Shown piece after piece: positions 11,357 to 19,393 of a stretch of 64,000 bases of DNA. The translations under genes and the position numbers were made by a program. The DNA comes from Bifidobacteriaceae bacterium (lineage in GTDB: Bacteria; Actinomycetota; Actinomycetes; Actinomycetales; WQXJ01): assembly GCA_031278655.1 (NCBI GenBank), contig JAITJZ010000044.1:3408-67407 (forward strand), given 5' to 3'. Below the pieces are notes generated by a model that worked only from the letters and a program-made list of their open reading frames with translations, had not been told where the DNA came from and ran no database searches. The number at the start of each line of letters is the position of its first letter. Within the stretch, counting starts at the first letter, position 1.

Positions 11357-11583
11357 TTTGTCACATCGACGCCGCGGCCGCCGCCAACGGCCCGTCCGCG
11401 CTCGTCAGCATGCGGCTGACCAGCGGCAACACGGGCGGAAGGCGATTGTTCGGCGCCTTCCTAGCGCAGGCGCCAACGCCCTGAGAGGTTGGAGGCACAC
11501 GGAATCCCGGTAAGTATAACGACAGCGCCGCCCCGTTTGTTTCAATTTCGGCCACACAGTCACGATTCTTCGTGACAGCCGGT

Positions 11584-12801
11584 TCAGGCCTCCGGCGCGA
11601 TCAAGGCGTGGCCGAGCACTCGGTCGCCGTCATAGAACACGGCCGACTGCCCCGGCGCCACGCCCCGCAGCGGCGCCTCCAACGCCACCTCCAGCGCCAC
11701 CTCCGAACGGCCGCCCAAACCGACCCCGACCCCAAGGCCGGGCTGGGCCGGGTCGGGGGGCACGGCATCGGCCAACTGGCGAACCACCGCCGGCAGGGCG
11801 GCGCCGTGGGCGCGAACCTGGACCTGGCAACGCCACTCCCCGGCGGAGCGGATGGCCTGCTCGGGGCCGGGGGCGAGCCAAAGCGGGGCCCGGACGCCGA
11901 AGCCGTCCACGCTCAGGGCGCTGGCCGGGCCGACGCGCACCACGTTCGCGGCCGTGTCGATGGCGGTGACGTAGCGAGGTCGGCCGTCCGCCGCCGGGCG
12001 CCCCAGGGCCAGCCCCCGGCGCTGGCCGACGGTGAAGCCGTAGGCGCCCGCGTGCCGGCCGACTGCGGCGCCGGTGTGGTCGAGGATCAGGCCCGGGCGC
12101 GCCCCCAGGCGGGCGCGCAGGAAGCCCTGGGTGTCGCCGTCCGCGACGAAACAGATGTCGTAGGAGTCCGGTTTGGCGCTGACCGGCAGCCCGCGCTTGG
12201 CCGCCTCGGCGCGGACGGCCTGCTTGGACGGGGCCTCGCCCAGCGGGAAGACGCAGCGCGCCAGGGCCTGCGGCCCAGCCGCCGCCAGGACGTAGGACTG
12301 ATCCTTGGCGCGGTCGATGGCGCGGCGCAGCACCACTTCGTGGGGGGCGCCCGGCCGGGCGGAGTCCGGCGAGGCGAGGTTCGGCGAGGCGGAGTCCGGC
12401 GGCTCGAGCGTCAGGCGGGCGTAGTGGCCGGTGGCGATGGCGTCGAAGCCCAAGGCCCGCGCCCGCTCCGCCAGCACCCGGAACTTGATGAACTGGTTGC
12501 AGCGGACGCAGGGATTGGGGGTCGACCCGGCCGCGTAGGTGTCCAGGAAATCGCGCACCACCAGGTCCTCGAACTCCACCGACAGATCCCAGACATAAAA
12601 ATCGAGCCCCAGGATGTCCGCCGAGCGGCGCGCGTCCGAGGCGTCCTCGATCGAGCAGCAGCCGCGCGCGCCCTGGCGGGTCTGGGCGCGGTTCCGCATC
12701 AAGGCCATGTGGACGGCGGTGACGTCGTGGCCGGCCTCGGCGGCCCTGGCCGCCGCCACCGCGCTGTCGACGCCGCCGGACAAGGCGGCCAGGACCCTCA
12801 T
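11584..12801 (-). CDS. mnmA: tRNA 2-thiouridine(34) synthase
   Basis: 405 aa with a PP-loop ([16 protein letters not shown]), NPCVRCN and DQSYVL motifs. Overlaps the upstream desulfurase gene by 4 nt. Confidence 0.92.
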   Translation of the reverse strand: MRVLAALSGGVDSAVAAARAAEAGHDVTAVHMALMRNRAQTRQGARGCCSIEDASDARRSADILGLDFYVWDLSVEFEDLVVRDFLDTYAAGSTPNPCVRCNQFIKFRVLAERARALGFDAIATGHYARLTLEPPDSASPNLASPDSARPGAPHEVVLRRAIDRAKDQSYVLAAAGPQALARCVFPLGEAPSKQAVRAEAAKRGLPVSAKPDSYDICFVADGDTQGFLRARLGARPGLILDHTGAAVGRHAGAYGFTVGQRRGLALGRPAADGRPRYVTAIDTAANVVRVGPASALSVDGFGVRAPLWLAPGPEQAIRSAGEWRCQVQVRAHGAALPAVVRQLADAVPPDPAQPGLGVGVGLGGRSEVALEVALEAPLRGVAPGQSAVFYDGDRVLGHALIAPEA

Positions 12802-14000
12802 CGCCCGCCCTCGGTGTCTCCGGCGGCCAGCGCGTCGCCCACCCCGCCCGCCGCCTTGGCCGCCCGCGCCCGCTGGGCGGCCTCGGGCAGGGCCGCCACC
12901 AGGGCGTTCACATCATCCGGTGTGGAGGCGTGGCCCACCGACACCCTCACGGCCGAGCTGGCGGCCGAACCCAGGCCCATCGCCAGGAGCACATGCGAGG
13001 CCTGGGCCACACCGGCGGTGCAGGCCGATCCGGTGGAACAGGCCAGGCCGGCCTGGTCGAGCAGGTAGACCAGCGCCTCGCCGCTGGCGCCCGCGACCGT
13101 GAAACAGCGCAGCCCGGGCAGGCCCTCGCCCGGCGGCGGTGAGACGGCGGCCAACTCCGGGCGGGCGGCGATGAGCCGGTCCAAGGGGCCAAGCAAGGCG
13201 TCCAACAGGGACGGGTCCTGCGCCATGGCCTCTCGCAACGCGGCGGCGAAGGCCGCCGCCCCGCGGGCGTCGGCCGTGCCCGAGCGCAAGCCGCGTTCCT
13301 GGCCACCGCCACCAGCCAACGGCTCGACCACCAGGCGCCGCCCCAAAACCAGCGCGCCAATCCCGACCGGCCCGCCCAGTTTGTGCGCCGAGACGCTGGC
13401 GGCCGCCAACCCGGAGGCTTTGAAATCAAGCGCCAGTTTGCCGACCGCCTGCGCCCAATCGGAGTGGACGGGCACGCCGTGCTCCCGGGCCAGGGCCGCC
13501 ACCGCCGCCACCGGCTGCAGCGCGCCGGTCTCGTTGTTGGCGGCCATCAGCGACACCAGGGAGGTCTCGGCGCCGTGGCGGCGCAAATGATCGGCCACAA
13601 AATCCACGTCCGCCAGTCCGGACTTGTCGACCGGAATCTCCAGCGCGGTTCCGCCCCAGCGCCGGACGGCCAGGCGGGCGTTGTCCAGGACGGCGTGGTG
13701 CTCGGTGGCGCCGACCAACAGGTGCGGGCGCGGCATCGGCGCCTGGCGGGCGGCGTGGAGACCTTGGACGGCCAGGGCGTCGGCTTCGGTGCCGCCGGAT
13801 GTGAAGACGACCTCGGCCGGGTCGGCGCCAAGCGCCGCGGCGATCACCTCGCGCGCCTCGTCGAGCGCGCGCCGGGCGCGGCGGGCGGGCCGGTGGAGCG
13901 CGTGCGGGTTGCCGGGGACGTCGGCCCGGGCGTAAGCGTCCAGCGCCGCCGGCCTCAGGGGCGCCCCGGCCGCGTAGTCAAGGTAGACATCAGCCTTCAC
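12798..14000 (-). CDS. Cysteine desulfurase (class V aminotransferase, NifS/IscS-like)
   Basis: 400 aa. PLP-lysine context [15 protein letters not shown] and active-site Cys context STGSACTAG. Coupled to mnmA. Confidence 0.9.
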   Translation of the reverse strand: MKADVYLDYAAGAPLRPAALDAYARADVPGNPHALHRPARRARRALDEAREVIAAALGADPAEVVFTSGGTEADALAVQGLHAARQAPMPRPHLLVGATEHHAVLDNARLAVRRWGGTALEIPVDKSGLADVDFVADHLRRHGAETSLVSLMAANNETGALQPVAAVAALAREHGVPVHSDWAQAVGKLALDFKASGLAAASVSAHKLGGPVGIGALVLGRRLVVEPLAGGGGQERGLRSGTADARGAAAFAAALREAMAQDPSLLDALLGPLDRLIAARPELAAVSPPPGEGLPGLRCFTVAGASGEALVYLLDQAGLACSTGSACTAGVAQASHVLLAMGLGSAASSAVRVSVGHASTPDDVNALVAALPEAAQRARAAKAAGGVGDALAAGDTEGGR

Positions 14001-14116
14001 GACCAGCCATCATGCCACCTCCGTGCTAGCATCGGCGGACACAGCGGACAAGCCGCGGGGCTGGCCGGGGCGGCCACCCCGCCGGCGCATTTCGACTAAT
14101 CGGGGGAACAACACAA

Positions 14117-15949
14117 ATGAGCGCTGCCTCGCAGCCTTTCAAGGGCGCGCCCGCTTCCGGGCCTGTGGTCCCCGCCGGGCCGGCCGGCGGGCCAAAGACA
14201 ATTTGGCGCCGTCTCGCCCGCAGCCGCCTGGTCTGGGGCTTCGGCTTCGCCTGGGCCGCTTGCGCGGTGATCGGCCGCACAATCATGTATGACGGCCGGG
14301 TGGCCTGGTCCTCGCCATGGTTCTACCTCGCCATCGCCGGTTTGACCCCACTGTTCGCGGCCGGCGCCGCCGCCGCCCGCCGCCTGGTCGAACGCCCGCG
14401 CCGCCGGCCCCTGCCGGTCTGGCGCAACCGCCCAAGGGCCTTCTTCTTCGACTGGGCGGCCATCTGGCTGTGCTGGACGCCGGTCTGGCTCTCGGGCTGG
14501 CCCGGCTTCTGGTGCTACGACGCCCAGACCGCCTATCACCAAGCCAAGGCCGGGAGGCTGACCACAGCCATGCCGCCCTTGCACACCTGGCTGGCCACCA
14601 GCGTCCAGGCCGCGGTCAGTGACTTGACCGGCCACCCGAATCACGGCATCGCCGCCTTCATCATGTTGCAATCCCTGGTGGTGGCGGCGGTCTTCGCCCA
14701 CACCCTGAGGCGGCTGCGGGCCTGGGGGGCGCCCCGGACGGCCCGCTGGGGCGCCCTGGCCTACTTCGCCCTTTTCCCAACGGTGGCGTTGTTCTCCTTG
14801 AGCTGGGCGCGCAATGTGCCCTTCGCCGCCGTCATCCTGGCCTTGGCGGTGGCGCTGGTGGACGCGCTGCGCCTGGAGCGGGCGCCGCGCTGGCGCTGGT
14901 GGTTGGTCGGGGCCCTGGCCTTGGCCGCCATCGCGCTCAGGCGCGACGCCATCTGGGTGCTGATCGCCTTCCTGGTCCTGATGGTGGTGTTCCAGCGCCC
15001 GGCCCGCCGGGCGCTGGTGGCGGCCCTGGTGACGGCCACGATCGCGGGCGCGCTGCTCGACCCGCTGGTATACAGGGGCTTGATGGGTTTGGGCCGGGGC
15101 ACGCCTGTGGCCAGCTTTTCTGTGCCCCTGCAGCAACTGGCGCGGGTTTATGTCAGCCCCGAAGGGTCGTTGACCCGGCCGCAGCGTCAACTGTTGGAGT
15201 CGATCGTGGCGCCGCGGTTCCTGGTCAAGTACCGGCCGCAACTGGCCGATCCGCTCATAATGGGCGCCGGCTCGAGGGTCGAGGCGGGGACCAAGCGCTT
15301 CCTCAAACTCTGGGCCCGCGTCGGCCTGGAGAACCCCGCCATCTATGCCGACGCCTTCGCGGCCAACACCGTCCAGGGCTGGCTGCCCGGCGCGATCATC
15401 GACGCCTATTCCGGCTTCCAGCACGCGCCGCAGTATTCACCTCGGGGCACCAGCTACTTCTGCTACGACTCGGAGGCGCCGGGCCTGACAACGCCCAAGG
15501 GCCCGGCCTTCATCCGCGACGCCTACGCCGCCTTCTCGAACCGGTCGCGCGCCATGTTCAGGGCGCCGGTGCTGGCCTGGCTGTGGTCGCCGGGCACCTA
15601 CCTGTGGCTGTTCGCCTTCGGCGCGGCCCTGACCTTGGCCTGGGCCCGGCGCGGCCGGGCCGCACCGCCCGCGGGCCGCCCGCCCACCGGCGCCGCCGGC
15701 GCCTCCGCCTTCTTGCCGGTGGCCCTGTTGGCCCTGGCCACCTGCCTGCCGATCTTCTTGGGGCCGGGCATGCTGGTGCGCTACTTCTTGCAGTTGTTCT
15801 ATTGCGCGCCGTTGGTGGCGACCTTCTTGATCGACCCCCGCGTGTTCGCGCCCGTCGCCGTGTCAGATCGACTGCCCCAGCGCCCCGGCCGCGCCAGCCA
15901 CTCCCAGGCGGGCGCCGCCAACGCGAAGACGGCCGGCATGACCAGGTAG
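14117..15949 (+). CDS. Polytopic membrane protein, paralog A (possibly DUF6020-type; function unknown)
   Basis: 610 aa with many TM segments. Long identical blocks with the 17587..19329 product (RPRAFFFDWAAIWLCW, GWPGFWCYDA, QSLVVAAVFAHTLRRLRAWGAPR, LWSPGTYLWLF, LVRYFLQLFYCAPLVA). GGGGGA upstream of the ATG. Confidence 0.8.
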   Translation: MSAASQPFKGAPASGPVVPAGPAGGPKTIWRRLARSRLVWGFGFAWAACAVIGRTIMYDGRVAWSSPWFYLAIAGLTPLFAAGAAAARRLVERPRRRPLPVWRNRPRAFFFDWAAIWLCWTPVWLSGWPGFWCYDAQTAYHQAKAGRLTTAMPPLHTWLATSVQAAVSDLTGHPNHGIAAFIMLQSLVVAAVFAHTLRRLRAWGAPRTARWGALAYFALFPTVALFSLSWARNVPFAAVILALAVALVDALRLERAPRWRWWLVGALALAAIALRRDAIWVLIAFLVLMVVFQRPARRALVAALVTATIAGALLDPLVYRGLMGLGRGTPVASFSVPLQQLARVYVSPEGSLTRPQRQLLESIVAPRFLVKYRPQLADPLIMGAGSRVEAGTKRFLKLWARVGLENPAIYADAFAANTVQGWLPGAIIDAYSGFQHAPQYSPRGTSYFCYDSEAPGLTTPKGPAFIRDAYAAFSNRSRAMFRAPVLAWLWSPGTYLWLFAFGAALTLAWARRGRAAPPAGRPPTGAAGASAFLPVALLALATCLPIFLGPGMLVRYFLQLFYCAPLVATFLIDPRVFAPVAVSDRLPQRPGRASHSQAGAANAKTAGMTR

Positions 15950-17391
15950 CGATAGCGCGGCATGACCTCGATGACCAGGTGGGCCGCCACGAAGGCGACC
16001 ACCAAACAGGCCAAGAAGACCGCCCAGCGGTTCCAGGCGCGCCGCCGGTTGACCAGCATCACGCCGGCGGCCGCCAGCGCCATGATCGGCAGGAACAGAC
16101 CGCGTTCCCCGCTGACCATCAGGTAAGCCCAGGTGGCGGTGGTCCGGTCCGGCACGCCGTAAAGCCCGGCGCTGGCCAACTCGGGCCAGAAAGCCAGCCG
16201 GGCGGAGTCATTCAACGCCCACATGTTGGCGGTCTGTTGGCGCAGCACCGCCCGCCATTGCTGCGGCAAGTCGCGGATGGCTCGCTCCAGCCGCTCCTCG
16301 GCGATGGCCGGCGCCTGCGGGTTTGGCGCCGCGCCGTAGGCGTCGATGTCCGTCAGCGTTGACCCCATCTGCGCCTGTGGGACCAGCCCGAGCACGAACT
16401 TCCACTCCGGCAAGTTGTTCGCCACCCCGGCCGGGTTGATGCCGCTGGCCTGGACGCCCGCCCCGGCGCCGGCCGCGACCAGCGCGTAGAGCGCCAGCGC
16501 CAGCGCGCACAGCGCCAGCGACCGGCCCAGCGGCCGCCACGACCGGCCGCGCCGGCGCCTGATCACCGGGGTCAGCGCCGATGCCGCCACCAGGGCCGCG
16601 CAGACCACAATTCCGCTCGGCCGGGCCAAGTTCCCAAATTGGAGCACGATGCCGCCGCCCGCCGCCAGCGCCCAGGCTCGCCAGCCGGGACCCCGGCTTA
16701 GGGCCGTCAGGATCAGGTAGGCGCCCCAGAGCAGCAGGAAGGTTGAGGCGTGGTAGTTCGACAGGACGTTGGCCTGCACATACGGGCCTGGATAGGCCAG
16801 ATAGGCGAGGGCGGCGAACAAGCCGGCGGCGGCTGATCCGCTGACCCGCCTGGCCATCAAGTAGACCAGCAGATTGGTCCCGGCCATGGCCAGGGCGCCG
16901 ACCAGCAGCAGCGGCAACAGTGAGCCGCCGCTGAGGCGCAGCATCAGCGCCTCGTAGATGGCGAACGGGGTTTGGTAGGCGAACCAGTGCCAGTAGGCGT
17001 TCTGGTTGAAGGACAGGTCGCCCTCGTTGATGTCCTGCGCCGCCTGCAGCATGACCAGGAAATCGGTCTGCTGCTCGGTCTCGAAGTGGAGCGCGAAGAA
17101 TGCCTTGACGGCGAAGCAGACCGCGAACAGCGCCGCCGGCAGAGCCCACTTCGGCAATCCGAGCGCCCGCCAGGCCGCCACCAGGCGCCGGCCGGCCCAC
17201 GACCATCCGGCCGCGGCCGCCACCAGCCCCAGGCCGACCGCCAGCCACCAGGCCCCGAACTCTTGCCTGTTCCCGAACCAGACCGCCACCAGCGCGACCC
17301 CGGCCAGGGTCGCGGCCGACCCGGCGGCCAGGCACCAGCGGGCCAGTCGGCCCCAGCCCGACTCGATCTGCTCCAAAGCCGAATCCTCCAT
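15799..17391 (-). CDS. GT-C fold / glycosyltransferase family 39 (ArnT/PMT)-like membrane protein
   Basis: 530 aa, about 12 or more TM segments. Acidic first loop (HFETEQQTDFLVMLQAAQDINEGD) and overall PMT_2-like layout. The functional call is by resemblance only. Confidence 0.7.
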   Translation of the reverse strand: MEDSALEQIESGWGRLARWCLAAGSAATLAGVALVAVWFGNRQEFGAWWLAVGLGLVAAAAGWSWAGRRLVAAWRALGLPKWALPAALFAVCFAVKAFFALHFETEQQTDFLVMLQAAQDINEGDLSFNQNAYWHWFAYQTPFAIYEALMLRLSGGSLLPLLLVGALAMAGTNLLVYLMARRVSGSAAAGLFAALAYLAYPGPYVQANVLSNYHASTFLLLWGAYLILTALSRGPGWRAWALAAGGGIVLQFGNLARPSGIVVCAALVAASALTPVIRRRRGRSWRPLGRSLALCALALALYALVAAGAGAGVQASGINPAGVANNLPEWKFVLGLVPQAQMGSTLTDIDAYGAAPNPQAPAIAEERLERAIRDLPQQWRAVLRQQTANMWALNDSARLAFWPELASAGLYGVPDRTTATWAYLMVSGERGLFLPIMALAAAGVMLVNRRRAWNRWAVFLACLVVAFVAAHLVIEVMPRYRYLVMPAVFALAAPAWEWLARPGRWGSRSDTATGANTRGSIKKVATNGAQ

Positions 17392-17586
17392 CCTGGTCGC
17401 AGCCCGTCCCGGCCACCAACAGTACCTGTCCCCCAGGGCTGGGCTCCCACGCGGTTGGGCGGCCGCGAGGCGGCGCCTTGCGGCGGCGCGGTTAGACTGG
17501 TCAGGCCGGTTCAGCGGAGCGCGTGCGAGGCTGATCGGACATCACCGGGTCGATCAGCAACAGCTATCAAGGAGAAGCCGCCGTCC

Positions 17587-19329
17587 ATGACACCGCCGTC
17601 CCCGCCAGGCTGGCGATCATTCCTGACCGGCGCCGCGCGCAGCCCGTTCGCCTGGGCCTGCGGCCTGACGGCGGCGGTGGCCAGCGGCATCGGGCTGACG
17701 CTAAGCCGCGACGGCGCGGTGCCCTGGTCCGCGCCCTGGTTCTACCTCGTCATCGTGCTGCTGAGCCTGCCGTTCGCGCTCCTGGCGGCGCTGGCGCGCC
17801 GTCTGGTCGAGCGCCCGCGCCGCCGGCCCCTGGCGGTTTGGCGCAACCGGCCGCGGGCCTTCTTCTTCGACTGGGCGGCCATCTGGCTGTGCTGGGTGCC
17901 GGTGTGGCTGGCGGGCTGGCCCGGCTTCTGGTGCTACGACGCCACCGCCGCCTACCGCTCCGTCCGCGCCGGGGCCATCACCACCGCCCTGCCGCCGCTC
18001 CACACCTGGTTGTCGACCGGCCTGCAAGCCTTGGTGGCGGAGTGGACGGGCAGCAACAACTACGGCATCGCCGCCTTCATCATGGCGCAGTCGCTGGTCG
18101 TGGCGGCGGTCTTCGCCCACACGCTGAGGCGGCTGCGGGCCTGGGGCGCGCCGCGCCTGGTCCGCTGGGGCGGCCTGGTCTACTTCGCCCTCTTCCCGAC
18201 CATCGCGCTGTTCTCGGTCAACTCCGGGCGCAACACGCTGTTCTCGACGGCCCTGCTGGCCTTGGCGGTCTGCCTGATCGACGCCCTGCGCCAACCCGGC
18301 GCCAAGCCCGCGCGCTGGTGGCTGATCGGGCTTCTGGCGCTCGTCGCAATCGCCCTGCGGCGCGACGCCGTTTACGTCTTCGTCCTGTTCACGCCCTTGG
18401 CGGTGTGGGCCTACCGGCCGGCGCGCAAGGCCTTGGCGATCTGCTTCGTCAGCGCCACCCTGGCCGGTCTGCTGCTTGACCCGCTCGTCTACAAGGCCAT
18501 CCTGGGCCTGGCGGAGGGCAACCCCGTCGCCACCTACTCGGTCCCGCTGCAGCAGCTGGCCCGCGCCTACAACCGGCCCGGCGCCATGACGGCGGCCCAA
18601 AAGGCTGTGCTCGAGGAATTCGTCACGCCGCAGGCGCTGGCCATCTACCGCCCGCAGTTGGCCGACCCGGTCATTGTCGGCACGGATGTGCGCCGGATCG
18701 AGGCGGACACCAAGCGTTTCTTCGCCCTCTGGGCCCAGGTCGGCGCCCAGAGCCCGGGCATTTACCTGGACGCTTACGCCGCCGCCACCATCCAGGGCTG
18801 GGCGCCGGGCGCCGTCATCGACGCCTACGCCAGCTCCGGCGACCAGACATCCCTCAACCCGAGCAGCGGCACCAGTTATTTCTGTTTCACGGCCGAGGAG
18901 CCCGCCACGGTCAGCCCCAAGGGGCCGGCCTTCATCCGCAACGCCTACGAGGCCTTCTCCAAGCGCTCGCGCGCCGCCTTCGAGGCGCCGGTGATCGGTT
19001 GGCTGTGGTCACCGGGAACCTATCTCTGGCTGTTCGGCTTCGCGGCGGCGCTGGCCGCCGCCTGGGCCCGGCGCGGCCGCCCCAGCGCCTTCCTGCCGGT
19101 GGCGCTCCTGGCGCTGGCCAGTTGCGCACCGATCTTCCTGGGGCCAGCCATCTTGGTGCGCTACTTCCTACAGTTGTTCTATTGCGCGCCTTTGGTCGCG
19201 GCCTTCTTCATCGACCCTCGGGTCTACGCGCCCAGCGCGCCCAGCGCGCCTCGCGCGCCGCGCGCCCCCAAGGCCGCCAGCGCCGACACCGCCGCGCCGA
19301 GCCCCGAGCTGCCGGGCCGGCCGGGCTGA
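17587..19329 (+). CDS. Polytopic membrane protein, paralog B (possibly DUF6020-type; function unknown)
   Basis: ORF 16972..19329 trimmed to ATG 17587 (MTPPSPPGW...), which is preceded by AAGGAGA. The upstream part is antisense to the GT-C-like gene. Strong similarity to paralog A along the whole length. Confidence 0.8.
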   Translation: MTPPSPPGWRSFLTGAARSPFAWACGLTAAVASGIGLTLSRDGAVPWSAPWFYLVIVLLSLPFALLAALARRLVERPRRRPLAVWRNRPRAFFFDWAAIWLCWVPVWLAGWPGFWCYDATAAYRSVRAGAITTALPPLHTWLSTGLQALVAEWTGSNNYGIAAFIMAQSLVVAAVFAHTLRRLRAWGAPRLVRWGGLVYFALFPTIALFSVNSGRNTLFSTALLALAVCLIDALRQPGAKPARWWLIGLLALVAIALRRDAVYVFVLFTPLAVWAYRPARKALAICFVSATLAGLLLDPLVYKAILGLAEGNPVATYSVPLQQLARAYNRPGAMTAAQKAVLEEFVTPQALAIYRPQLADPVIVGTDVRRIEADTKRFFALWAQVGAQSPGIYLDAYAAATIQGWAPGAVIDAYASSGDQTSLNPSSGTSYFCFTAEEPATVSPKGPAFIRNAYEAFSKRSRAAFEAPVIGWLWSPGTYLWLFGFAAALAAAWARRGRPSAFLPVALLALASCAPIFLGPAILVRYFLQLFYCAPLVAAFFIDPRVYAPSAPSAPRAPRAPKAASADTAAPSPELPGRPG

Positions 19330-19393
19330 CGCCCAAATCAGGCCGGCCGACCCGACAGGCGGACAGCCTAACACCCTCGCACCCAAGAACCGG

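Noticed and set aside
15799-15949. Possibility that the 151-bp convergent overlap signals a programmed frameshift or a mis-called gene
   Set aside because: Both stops are fixed by sequence and both proteins look complete. I kept it as an observation within the cluster finding and do not claim recoding.
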